DNA of 32,755 nucleotides from an uncultured Actinomycetes bacterium (GCA_964655465.1 CAZZND010000005.1:1-32755); one strand, 5' to 3'. Shown: positions 20,039-28,529, counted from the first letter of the stretch. The notes: a model not told the origin generated them from the letters alone. Numbers and translations are program-made.

Positions 20039-21324
20039 GGGGTGGCTCCTTCCAGCTCTACCGCGGCGGCGGCGATATCGGTCCGGTAGTGGGCGCCGTC
20101 GAAACGGATCCTCGAGACGCCGGCGTAGGCGCCTGCGCGCGCTTCGGCGAGCGTCGAGCCGGTGCCGGTGACGGCGAGCACCCGACCGCCGGCGGTGACG
20201 AGCTGGCCCGCGGCGTCGCGCGCCGTCCCCGCGTGGAACACGGTGACCCCGTCCAACGCCTCGGCGCCCTCGACCCCTTCGATCGGCACGCCCGTCTCGT
20301 ACGAGCCGGGGTAGCCGCCGCTCGCCATCACAACGGTCACCGCCGCGCCGTCGTCGAACCCGGCGTGGCCGGACTCGTAGGCGAGCCGCCCGGTCGCGCA
20401 CGCGTGCAGCAGCGTGCCGACGCGGTAGGGCATCCGCGGCATCAGCACCTCGGTCTCGGGATCGCCGAACCGGCAGTTGAACTCGAGCACCTTGGGACCG
20501 TCGGCGGTGAGCATCAGCCCCGCGAACAGCACCCCGCGGTACGGGCGGAGCTCGTCGTCCACATGGGCCATCACCGTGTCGAGGATGGTGGTGGCCATCG
20601 CTTGGTCGACGGCCGGCACCGGCGAGTACGCGCCCATGCCGCCGGTGTTGGGCCCGGTGTCGCCGTCGCCGACGCGCTTGGCGTCCTGCACGACGTCGAG
20701 CAGCACACATGAGCCTTTCCCGTCGGTCAGGACGAACACGCTGACCTCGGGGCCTTCGAGGACCTCCTCGATCACGATGGTCCGGCCGGCCTCCCCGAAG
20801 GCGCCGTCTGCGAGCGACGCGTGGATCGCGGCGACCGCCGTCGCGCGATCGAGGGCGACCGTGACCCCTTTGCCCGCAGCGAGGCCGTCTGCCTTGACGA
20901 CGGCCGAGCCGCCGAGCTCGTCGACGAACGCGACCGCCTTGTCGACGTCGTCGAACACGCCGCTCAGCGCCGTGGGGACCCCGCGGCGCGCCATGACCTC
21001 CTTCGCGAAGGCCTTCGAGCCTTCGATGCGTGCCGCCGCGGCCGACGGACCGAACACGTTGTGGCCGCGCTTGCGCAGCACGTCTGCGAGCCCCGCGACG
21101 AGCGGCGCCTCGGGTCCGACGACCGTGAGGTCGACCCCTTCGCGCTCGACCAGGTCAACGACGGCATCCACGTCGTCGGCGCGGACCTCGGGGTGGCACT
21201 CGGCCACCTGCGCGATCCCGGCGTTGCCGGGGGCCGCGAGCACGCACGTGACGGTGGGATCCTGTGCGAGACGCCAGCACAGCGCGTGCTCGCGGCCCCC
21301 ACCCCCCACGACGAGCACCTTCAC
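20035..21324 (-). CDS. purD: Phosphoribosylamine--glycine ligase
   Basis: GGGGREHAL, APGNAG, VGPEAPL, IEGSKAFAK, KADGLAAGKGV, GPNTGGMGAY, EFNCRFGDPE, GGRVL. Confidence 0.97.
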   Translation of the reverse strand: MKVLVVGGGGREHALCWRLAQDPTVTCVLAAPGNAGIAQVAECHPEVRADDVDAVVDLVEREGVDLTVVGPEAPLVAGLADVLRKRGHNVFGPSAAAARIEGSKAFAKEVMARRGVPTALSGVFDDVDKAVAFVDELGGSAVVKADGLAAGKGVTVALDRATAVAAIHASLADGAFGEAGRTIVIEEVLEGPEVSVFVLTDGKGSCVLLDVVQDAKRVGDGDTGPNTGGMGAYSPVPAVDQAMATTILDTVMAHVDDELRPYRGVLFAGLMLTADGPKVLEFNCRFGDPETEVLMPRMPYRVGTLLHACATGRLAYESGHAGFDDGAAVTVVMASGGYPGSYETGVPIEGVEGAEALDGVTVFHAGTARDAAGQLVTAGGRVLAVTGTGSTLAEARAGAYAGVSRIRFDGAHYRTDIAAAAVELEGATP

Positions 21325-22598
21325 GTCGTCACCGGGATGCTCTGCTCGCGGGCCGGGCCGACCCCGATGATCGTGACGGGGACGCCGCCCAGATCCTGGA
21401 GGAACTCGACGTAGCGCCGGGCCTCCTTCGGCAGATCCTCGAAGGTCCGCGCATCGCCCAGCTCCTGGTCCCAGCCGAGCAGCTCCTCGTAGACGGGCTC
21501 GGCCTGGTGGAACAGCGTCTGGTTGGGCGGCACGTCGTCCCAGACCTGCCCGCCAGCCCGGTAGCCCACGCACACCTTCAGTGTCTCGAACCCGCTCAGC
21601 ACGTCCAGCTTGGTCAGGCACAGCTCGGTCAGCCCGTTCAGCCGCGCGGCGTAGCGGAGCACCATCCCGTCGAACCAGCCGCAGCGGCGCTTGCGTCCGG
21701 TTACGGTCCCGAACTCGTGACCGCGCTCCCCGAGACGCACGCCGTCGTCGTCCAGCGCCTCGGTCGGGAACGGGCCGCTCCCCACCCGCGTCACGTACGC
21801 CTTCGTGATGCCGATGACCCGCTCAACGTACCGCGGTCCGATCCCCGCGCTCGCGAGCGCGTAGCCCGTCACCGGCGTCGAGGACGTCACGAACGGATAG
21901 GTGCCGTGATCGAGGTCGAGCATCGTGCCCTGTGCCCCCTCGAGCATGATGTGCTTGCCGGCGCGGAGCCCCTCGTCCAACAGCTTCGACGTGTCGGCCA
22001 CGAACGGCCGCAACCGCTCGGCGTAAGAGAGGTAGTCCTCGACGATCTTCTCGGCGCGGATCGCCATCCGGTTGTAGATCTTCGTGAGGATCTGGTTCTT
22101 CTCCCAGAGCACAACCTCGAGCTTCTCGCGCAGGATGTCCTCGTCGTAGAGGTCCTGCACGCGGATCCCGACGCGCGCCGCGCGGTCGGCGTAGGCCGGC
22201 CCGATCCCGCGCTTGGTGGTCCCGAGCGCGTTCTTGCCCAGGAACCGCTGCGTCACCTTCTCGAGCTCCAGATGGTAGGGCATGATCAGGTGCGCGTTCA
22301 GCGACAGGCGCAACCCCTCCGGATCGACGCCGGCCTCGCGGAGCTGCTCCATCTCTCGCAGCAGCACCGCCGGGTCCACGACCACCCCGTCGGCGATCAC
22401 GCTCGTGATGTGCGGGTACAGGATGCCCGAGGGGACGAGCTGGAGCTTCAGCAGCCGTCCCTCGGCGATGATCGTGTGGCCCGCGTTGTTCCCGCCCTGG
22501 TAGCGGACCACGAAGTCCATCCGGTCGGCGAGGTAGTCGACCGCCTTGCCCTTGCCCTCGTCCCCCCACTGGGTCCCGAGTACGACGGTGGCCGGCAT
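21321..22598 (-). CDS. purA: Adenylosuccinate synthetase
   Basis: QWGDEGKGK, GGNNAGHT, GTTKRGIGPAY, EGAQG, GTYPFVTSS, TRVGSGPFPTE, TGRKRRCGWFD. Confidence 0.98.
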   Translation of the reverse strand: MPATVVLGTQWGDEGKGKAVDYLADRMDFVVRYQGGNNAGHTIIAEGRLLKLQLVPSGILYPHITSVIADGVVVDPAVLLREMEQLREAGVDPEGLRLSLNAHLIMPYHLELEKVTQRFLGKNALGTTKRGIGPAYADRAARVGIRVQDLYDEDILREKLEVVLWEKNQILTKIYNRMAIRAEKIVEDYLSYAERLRPFVADTSKLLDEGLRAGKHIMLEGAQGTMLDLDHGTYPFVTSSTPVTGYALASAGIGPRYVERVIGITKAYVTRVGSGPFPTEALDDDGVRLGERGHEFGTVTGRKRRCGWFDGMVLRYAARLNGLTELCLTKLDVLSGFETLKVCVGYRAGGQVWDDVPPNQTLFHQAEPVYEELLGWDQELGDARTFEDLPKEARRYVEFLQDLGGVPVTIIGVGPAREQSIPVTT

Positions 22599-22621
22599 GA
22601 CGCCGTCAGTCTACGGAGCGG

Positions 22622-22800
22622 ACGGAGGCGGCGAAGCCGTCGACATCGATGAGCGCAACGGGGTGGTCGAGATCCAGGTGGCGCCCACGGACGTGACGGT
22701 CGAGGACACACCAGAGGGACCGGTCGCGAGACCCACCCGGGTCGTGCCGCCGTTGACCGACGAGGTGGTCCGCGACGCGCTGGAGCAGACCCGGCGTTGA
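22622..22800 (+). pseudogene. vapB: 5'-truncated AbrB/MazE-type (VapB) antitoxin remnant
   Basis: GGEAVDIDERNGVVEIQVAP...LTDEVVRDALEQTRR resembles the C-terminal part of actinobacterial AbrB-type antitoxins. The N-terminal DNA-binding strands and a start codon are missing. Stop overlaps the toxin TTG. Confidence 0.65.
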
Positions 22801-23200
22801 ACGCCGTCGACACCAGCGTCGCAGTGGCTGCGCTCGCGTCCCGGCACGAAGCCAACGACCTGGCTCGCGCGGCAGCCGACGGAGCAGCGATCCCGTCGCA
22901 CGCGATGCTCGAGACGTACTCGGTGCTCACGCGCCTGCCGTCTCCCCATCGACTGCATCGTGGTCGTCGCCGACCTTCTCGATCGATGGTCCCCGGCCGA
23001 CGAGATCCGTCGTGCCGACCGAGGACCTCGCGAGAGGGCTCGTCCGGCGATGCCGGGACGCCGGCGTCGACGGCGGGTGCGTCTACGACGCGCTCGTGGG
23101 TCTGACGACCGCCGCGGCCGGGATGACGCTGCTCACGAGGGACGAACGGGCGATCCCGACGTACGAGCGGCTCGGCATCGACTTCAACGTCGCCGGGTAG
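22797..23200 (+). pseudogene. vapC: PIN-domain (VapC) toxin split by about two frameshifts
   Basis: First frame AVDTSVAV...LETYSVLTRLP; second frame VVADLLDRW; third frame GGCVYDALVG...LLTRDERA..TYE.LG. The PIN acidic residues are spread over different frames. Confidence 0.8.
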
Positions 23201-23263
23201 GCCGGCCGAGGGCGCGGCCCCCGCCTGCACCGATCACGCTCGCGCGAGTGAGAAAGTGTGCGG

Positions 23264-24298
23264 ATGCAGATCGACTGGGGCATCGTGCTGGCCGGCGCGT
23301 TCGTCGGGTTCACGGTCGGCCTGACCGGGATGGGTGGGGGCGCGCTCATGACCCCCATCCTATTGATCTTCTTCGATATCTCTCCGACCGCGGCCGTCTC
23401 GTCCGACCTGATCGCCGCCATGATCATGAAGCCGGTCGGCGGCGGCGTCCACATCCGCCGGAAGACCGTCCGGTGGGGCCTCGTCCGCTGGCTCTGCATC
23501 GGATCCATCCCCACGGCGTTCGCCGGCGTGTTCATCCTGAACTCCACGGGAGACAGCGAACAGGTCGAGCACATCACCACGATCTTCCTCGGCGTGACCC
23601 TGCTGCTGGCGGCGACCGCCATGGTCGTGAAAGCCTGGATCCAGGGACGTCGCACGGCCCGGGCCCGCCTCGAGGGGCGAGCCACCGGACCCACCGGACC
23701 GCTCATGGTCAAGATCATCCCGACCGTGCTGATCGGGATGGTCGGCGGCATGCTGGTGGGACTCACCAGCGTTGGCTCCGGCTCGATCGTGATCATCTGC
23801 CTGATGCTGCTCTACCCCGTGCTTCGTGGCGCCGAGCTCGTCGGCACCGACCTGGTCCAGGCCGTCCCCTTGGTCGCGGCCGCCGCGCTCGCCCACATCC
23901 TGGTCGGTGACTTCGAGCTCGCACTGACCACATCGATCCTGATCGGATCCATCCCGGCGGTCTGGGTGGGCGCCCGCCTGTCCTCCAGGGCGCCGGACGG
24001 CGTGATCCGACCGATCCTGGTCTTCGTGCTGACGGCATCGGCGCTGAAGCTTCTCGGGGTGCCGAACGGGGTCCTCGGCGGGGTGCTGCTCGCGATCGCC
24101 TTGATCGGCCTCCCGGCGTGGGGTGCGATCGACGCCGCGTCGCACCCCGAGCGACAGTGGGACGCGACGGGCGCGTCACGCTCGTCGTGGATCAAACGGC
24201 AAGCCTGGCTCGCTCCGGTGGGTCTGGGGTTCGCCTACGCCGTCGCGTACTTCGCGAAGATCCGGCCGATGCTGGTGCTCGCCGGGGAGAGGGGCTGA
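23264..24298 (+). CDS. TauE/SafE (TSUP) family sulfite exporter/anion permease with a C-terminal extension
   Basis: VGLTGMGGGALMTP, AVSSDL, VGLTSVGSGS, LVGTDLVQAVPL; many transmembrane helices. Confidence 0.9.
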   Translation: MQIDWGIVLAGAFVGFTVGLTGMGGGALMTPILLIFFDISPTAAVSSDLIAAMIMKPVGGGVHIRRKTVRWGLVRWLCIGSIPTAFAGVFILNSTGDSEQVEHITTIFLGVTLLLAATAMVVKAWIQGRRTARARLEGRATGPTGPLMVKIIPTVLIGMVGGMLVGLTSVGSGSIVIICLMLLYPVLRGAELVGTDLVQAVPLVAAAALAHILVGDFELALTTSILIGSIPAVWVGARLSSRAPDGVIRPILVFVLTASALKLLGVPNGVLGGVLLAIALIGLPAWGAIDAASHPERQWDATGASRSSWIKRQAWLAPVGLGFAYAVAYFAKIRPMLVLAGERG

Positions 24299-24299
24299 G

Positions 24300-24713
24300 A
24301 TGTTCGAGCGGATAGTGGTGGCGGTCGACGGCTCCCGGGAGGGAGGCAAGACGGTTCCCGCGGCGGTGGAGCTCGCGTCGCGTTTCGGATCGGAGGTCAC
24401 GATCGTCCACGTCCGAGAGCACACGAAGTACGAGGGAGAGGACGTCGACCTCGGCCCCGAGCAAGACGCCGATGCGATCGTCCGCGGCGCCGTCGACGCC
24501 TTCCGTGCAGCCGGTGTCACCGCCGAGGCCGTGATCCGCCGGGTATCGCCGGGCGATACTCCGGAGGAGATCGTGGCCGTCGCCGAACAGATCCGCGCCG
24601 GGCTGATCGTCATGGGCACCCGCGGGATGACCGAGTTCAAGAGCCTCGTACTGGGCGGCGTGGCCAACAAGGTCGTCCACCACGCGCACTGCCCGGTCCT
24701 GCTCGTCCGCTAG
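24300..24713 (+). CDS. Universal stress protein
   Basis: FERIVVAVDGS, LIVMGTRG, VLGGVANKVVHHAHCPVLLVR. Confidence 0.93.
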   Translation: MFERIVVAVDGSREGGKTVPAAVELASRFGSEVTIVHVREHTKYEGEDVDLGPEQDADAIVRGAVDAFRAAGVTAEAVIRRVSPGDTPEEIVAVAEQIRAGLIVMGTRGMTEFKSLVLGGVANKVVHHAHCPVLLVR

Positions 24714-24718
24714 GACGC

Positions 24719-24748
24719 TTGACCCGTCTCCAGACCCTCGGCTACCAT
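24719..24748 (+). promoter_or_regulatory. Housekeeping-sigma promoter TTGACC-N18-TACCAT
   Basis: -35 at 24719-24724 and -10 at 24743-24748, intergenic. Implies a TSS near 24755-24756. Confidence 0.65.
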
Positions 24749-24755
24749 CTCCCCT

Positions 24756-24826
24756 GCATAGCTGACCGGACGACCGGAGGCCGTGGCGCATCGCGCCGCG
24801 GCCTTTCCGCATCTCAGGGGAGCCAG
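24756..24826 (+). promoter_or_regulatory. Structured 5' leader with two mutually exclusive hairpins (candidate attenuator or protein-binding RNA switch)
   Basis: Hairpin A, GCT-GA-CCGG-ACGA-CCGG-A-GGC (24761-24781), overlaps hairpin B, GGAGGCCGTGGCGC-ATC-GCGCCGCGGCCTTTCC (24776-24808). Confidence 0.55.
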
Positions 24827-26026
24827 ATGGGGAAGCAGGCCGAAGAGCTCGAGCGCTACGAACAGCAGCTCGTCGAGGTGGACGGCGAGTTCTGCATCCC
24901 TCAAGAGGCTGGTCAGACCCGGCACTACATCGACCTGGGCCCGATCTTCGGCGAGGTCGAGCGTTCGCCGTGGTACCTCGCGAAGAAGCTCCTGTTCTTC
25001 ATCCCCGCCCTGTTCCTGTTCATCCTCGCCATCCAGCTCATGAAGGAGGGCGCGGCCGCGATCGGGCCGTCGATCGAAGGCGCGTTCCCGTTCGCCAACC
25101 CGCTTTCGACCCTGGGCACGGGCTGGCTCGGGGCCTACTTCGTGCTCTCCGGATCGCCGGTGGCTGCCACGTCGATCAGCCTGTTCGGCGCCGATGCGAT
25201 CACGAAGCTCGAGGCGCTGACGATGCTCTCGGGCTCCCGGCTCGGCGCGTCCTTCATCGTGCTGGTGACGGGGTTCCTCTACACGATCCGCCACAAGAAG
25301 CAGCGGTCCGAGGGCCTGAGCATCGGCATCCAGGCGATGACGATGACCGCCGTCCAGTACATCCCCGGCATGCTGATCGCGTTCGCGATCATGCAGGCGG
25401 GATGGCTCGACGGCGTCAACTGGCACGCGTCGGGCAAGCTCGAGTCGTTCTTCGCTCGCCTGTGGGGGCCGATCGTCGACCTCGCGGCGGACAACCTGCC
25501 TGGGTGGGCGCTGTTCCTCGCGGGCCTGGCGACGATCCTCGTGTCGTTCAACCTGCTCGACCGGGTGCTGCCGCACGTCGACTCGGACGCGACGGCATCC
25601 AAGCGCAGCTCGTGGCTGCGGCACCCGTGGACCATGTTCCTCCTCGGGTGCCTCGTGGCGACCTTGACGCTGTCGGTGTCGGTCGCGCTCACGGTGCTCG
25701 TGCCGCTCGCGGTCAAGGGCTACGTGAAGCGCGAGGAGGCGCTCCCCTACATCATGGGCGCGAACATCACGACGCTCGCCGACACGCTGGTGGTCGCGAT
25801 GCTGCAGCCCGGCCCCGGCGCCGCGCAGGTGGTCCTGGCCGAGGCGATCGGCGTCACGATCGTGTCGGTGTTCATCCTCGCCTTCCTCTACCGGCCCGTG
25901 AAGGACGGCGTGCTCGCGTTGGACGACTACCTCGTCACCAGCAACCTGCGGCTGGCCGGGTTCGTGGTCGTGCTGTTCTCGCTGCCGATCCTGTTCATCC
26001 TCTCGGGCCTGATCCTCAAGACGTGA
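24827..26026 (+). CDS. Na+/Pi-cotransporter (SLC34/NptA)-like membrane protein
   Basis: LFLFILAIQLMK, GWLGAYFVLSGS, GSRLG, ATLTLSVS and YIMGANITT (compare SLC34 IMGANIGT); two-repeat topology; GGGGAG Shine-Dalgarno. Confidence 0.75.
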   Translation: MGKQAEELERYEQQLVEVDGEFCIPQEAGQTRHYIDLGPIFGEVERSPWYLAKKLLFFIPALFLFILAIQLMKEGAAAIGPSIEGAFPFANPLSTLGTGWLGAYFVLSGSPVAATSISLFGADAITKLEALTMLSGSRLGASFIVLVTGFLYTIRHKKQRSEGLSIGIQAMTMTAVQYIPGMLIAFAIMQAGWLDGVNWHASGKLESFFARLWGPIVDLAADNLPGWALFLAGLATILVSFNLLDRVLPHVDSDATASKRSSWLRHPWTMFLLGCLVATLTLSVSVALTVLVPLAVKGYVKREEALPYIMGANITTLADTLVVAMLQPGPGAAQVVLAEAIGVTIVSVFILAFLYRPVKDGVLALDDYLVTSNLRLAGFVVVLFSLPILFILSGLILKT

Positions 26027-26056
26027 CCCCGGCGACCAGGGCGTAGCATCCCGGCC

Positions 26057-26245
26057 ATGGCAGGCGCCACCGAACCGACGCCCGATCAGCAGCTCGAGGC
26101 CTTGTCGCTCACGGACGAGGAGAAGGCCGTCATGGCGCGCGTCGCCGAGATCCTGCGGCGGGTCCACTTCGGCACGGTGGTGCTGGTGGTGCAGGACGGC
26201 AAGGTCGTGCAGATCGAGATGGCCGAGAAGTTCAGGTTGCGCTGA
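26057..26245 (+). CDS. YezD/DUF2292 (OscA-like) small protein
   Basis: ILRRVHFGTVVLVVQDGKVVQIEMAEKFRL fits the family pattern FGsV.ivvqDGkvvQIe..EK.R. TAGCAT 7 nt upstream of the ATG. Confidence 0.8.
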   Translation: MAGATEPTPDQQLEALSLTDEEKAVMARVAEILRRVHFGTVVLVVQDGKVVQIEMAEKFRLR

Positions 26246-27057
26246 TGGCGGACCCGGTCACGACGCTCGTGGCGGATCGGCCGGCACCGGCCGCACCCAA
26301 GCTCGCCGTGCGCGAGCTGACGGTGTCGCGCACGCAGGCTTCCGGCGAGGTGGTAACCGCGGCCCACGACGTCACGTTCGAGGTCGCGGCCGGCGAGTTC
26401 GTTTGTCTGCTCGGTCCGAGCGGCTGCGGCAAGACCTCCATCCTCAACGTGCTCGCCGGTCTGGACGCGCCGGCCGGCGGTGAGGCGCTTCTCGACGGCC
26501 GTCCGATCACGGGCCCGGGGCCGGACCGGGCGGTCCTGTTCCAGGAACCGGCGCTGTTCCCGTGGCTCTCGGTGCGAGCGAACGTGGGGTTGGCGCTGAA
26601 GCTCATCGGCGTCGGCGAGCCGGAGCGTTCGGAGCGTGCGGCGGCGTGGCTGGCGAACGTGGGGCTCACGGGATCCGCCGGTGCCCAACCGCACGAGCTG
26701 TCGGCCGGCATGCGCCAGCGCGCGGCGCTCGCGCGGGCGCTGGCGTGCGAGCCCGAGGTCCTGCTCGGCGATGAGCCGTTCGGTGCGCTGGATGCGCAGG
26801 CCCGCGAGCTGCTGCAGGACGAGGTCCAGCGCGCCTGGATCCGGTCGGAAGGACGCACCACGTTCCTCTTCGTGACCCACAACGTCCGCGAGGCGGTCCT
26901 GCTGGCCGATCGCGTCCTGGTGATGAGCGCGCAGCCCGGCCGGCTGCTCGAGGAGTTCCGGATCCACGCGCCTCGGCCGCGCGACCTGGACGACGTCCTG
27001 GTCACGCGGGTCGTCTCGGAAGTGCACGAGCTGCTCATGCGGCAGGTGACCCGGTGA
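26245..27057 (+). CDS. ABC transporter ATPase, SsuB/TauB/NrtD family
   Basis: Walker A GPSGCGKT, FQEPALFPWL, signature LSAGMRQR, DEPFGALD, FVTHNVREAV. TGATG coupling. Confidence 0.92.
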   Translation: MADPVTTLVADRPAPAAPKLAVRELTVSRTQASGEVVTAAHDVTFEVAAGEFVCLLGPSGCGKTSILNVLAGLDAPAGGEALLDGRPITGPGPDRAVLFQEPALFPWLSVRANVGLALKLIGVGEPERSERAAAWLANVGLTGSAGAQPHELSAGMRQRAALARALACEPEVLLGDEPFGALDAQARELLQDEVQRAWIRSEGRTTFLFVTHNVREAVLLADRVLVMSAQPGRLLEEFRIHAPRPRDLDDVLVTRVVSEVHELLMRQVTR

Positions 27058-27833
27058 CCGTCCGGCGGGTCGTGCGCGAGGTGACCCCTCCGCTGGTCGG
27101 GGTCGCCGGGGTGATCCTCGTGTGGGGGATCGTCGCCGCCGTCTGGGACTCGCCGTCCCTGCCGTCCCCGGCCGCGGTGTGGTCGGCGTTCGTGGACGGG
27201 CTCGGCGACGGGACCCTGCTCGAGGCCGCCGCGCTGACGCTGATCCGCCTGGCGTTCTCGTTCGGCGTCGCCGTCGTCATCGGCGTGCTGCTCGGGGTCG
27301 GCCTCGCGCTGAACGAGTTCGCGCGACGGGCCATCCGTCCGCTCGTCGTGGCGTTGCAGATCACCCCGTTCGTCGCCTGGGTCCCGCTCGCCGTGATCTG
27401 GTTCGGCGTAACGGAGCGCGCAGTGGTGTTCGTCGCGATCGTGGGCTCGTTCCCGGCCATGACCCTCGCGACCATCCAGGCCATCCGGCAGGTCCCGCCT
27501 CTGTACCGCCGGGCCGGGCGCACGCTCGGGGCGGACGGCTGGACCCTGTTCCGGCAGGTGGTGTTCCCCGCCGCGCTCCCCGGTGTGATGGCCGGCCTCC
27601 AGCAGGCGTGGGGGTTCGCGTGGAAGGCCCTGATGGCAGGAGAGCTGATCGTGGCCGCGGCGGGCGCGACGGGTCTCGGCCACCTGCTCGCTCGTCAGCA
27701 GGCCGACGTCCCGGCGCTCCTCGCGACCCTCGCCGTGATCCTCGTCATCGGGGTCGCGGCCGACTACCTGCTGTTCGGTCTGCTGGACCGGCGGATCCGC
27801 CGGCGCCGTGGCCTGATCGTCGAAGGGGCGTGA
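27054..27833 (+). CDS. ABC transporter permease, SsuC/TauC family
   Basis: LPSPAAVW, LQITPFVAWVPLAVIWFG, EAA-like RAGRTLGA, AWKALMAGEL. Confidence 0.9.
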   Translation: MTVRRVVREVTPPLVGVAGVILVWGIVAAVWDSPSLPSPAAVWSAFVDGLGDGTLLEAAALTLIRLAFSFGVAVVIGVLLGVGLALNEFARRAIRPLVVALQITPFVAWVPLAVIWFGVTERAVVFVAIVGSFPAMTLATIQAIRQVPPLYRRAGRTLGADGWTLFRQVVFPAALPGVMAGLQQAWGFAWKALMAGELIVAAAGATGLGHLLARQQADVPALLATLAVILVIGVAADYLLFGLLDRRIRRRRGLIVEGA

Positions 27834-27836
27834 GGG

Positions 27837-28481
27837 TCACGGCCGCTCGAACGGGTCCTGCGGCGTCAGCACCTCGACAGGCACGGGCGCGGCCGCGTCG
27901 CGGAACCGGTCGGCGTCCGACGGCGAGCCCACGACGAACCCGAAGTGCATCGGCACCGCGAGCTGCGGGCCGATCGCCGTGATCAGGCCTCCGGCCTCCT
28001 CGGCGTCCATCGTGTAGGTACCGCCGATCGGCACGAACGCGACGTCGGTCCGGACGTCCTCGAGCTCCGTCAGGTGATCGGTGTCGCCCGCGTGGTAGTA
28101 CCTGCGCCCTCCGAGCTCGAGCACGTACCCGACCCAGCGGTTCGCGCGAGGGTGCATCTCGAGCCGTTCCTCGCGCACGTTGTACGCGGGCACGGTCATG
28201 AATCGGACGCCGGCCACCTCGTAGGACTCGCCCGGCACCACCGGCATGACGTCACCGCCGAGCTCGGACGCAACGTCGTGCGGCGCCACCACCTTGGTCG
28301 CCGGCGTGGACAGCCGCGCGATCTCGTCGGGCTGGAAGTGGTCGAAGTGCGCGTGCGTGATCAAGATCAGGTCGGCCGGCGGCGCGTCGTCGGGGGTGCC
28401 CCAGGGGTCGATGTAGATCGTGCGTTCGTCGTCTCGCCAGCGCAGCGCCGACTGCCGGAACCACGTGATCCGCTCGAGCAT
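27837..28481 (-). CDS. Metallo-beta-lactamase-fold hydrolase
   Basis: YIDPW, THAHFDH, YHAGDTD, PIGGTYTM, PMH. GGAGGT Shine-Dalgarno. Confidence 0.92.
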   Translation of the reverse strand: MLERITWFRQSALRWRDDERTIYIDPWGTPDDAPPADLILITHAHFDHFQPDEIARLSTPATKVVAPHDVASELGGDVMPVVPGESYEVAGVRFMTVPAYNVREERLEMHPRANRWVGYVLELGGRRYYHAGDTDHLTELEDVRTDVAFVPIGGTYTMDAEEAGGLITAIGPQLAVPMHFGFVVGSPSDADRFRDAAAPVPVEVLTPQDPFERP

Positions 28482-28529
28482 GCCCGCACCTCCGGTCGTT
28501 CCGGGACCCGGGCGGTAGTCTCGCAGCTC

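Noticed and set aside
22599-22800. Purine, ZTP or PRPP riboswitch upstream of purA
   Set aside because: The -10 box lies 9 nt from the ATG and the upstream DNA is antitoxin remnant; no recognisable aptamer.
24751-24820. Long-range CCCCTG/CAGGGG pairing that would mask the Shine-Dalgarno
   Set aside because: CCCCTG lies at or just upstream of the predicted TSS, so it is probably not transcribed from this promoter; relevant only for read-through from usp.
27945-28529. Long N-terminal extensions given by the ORF track for the MFS (and likewise for MBL, purM, purL, purD, purE, ogt and the phosphorylase)
   Set aside because: They overlap neighbouring real genes; downstream starts with coupling, Shine-Dalgarno or -10 support were used instead.
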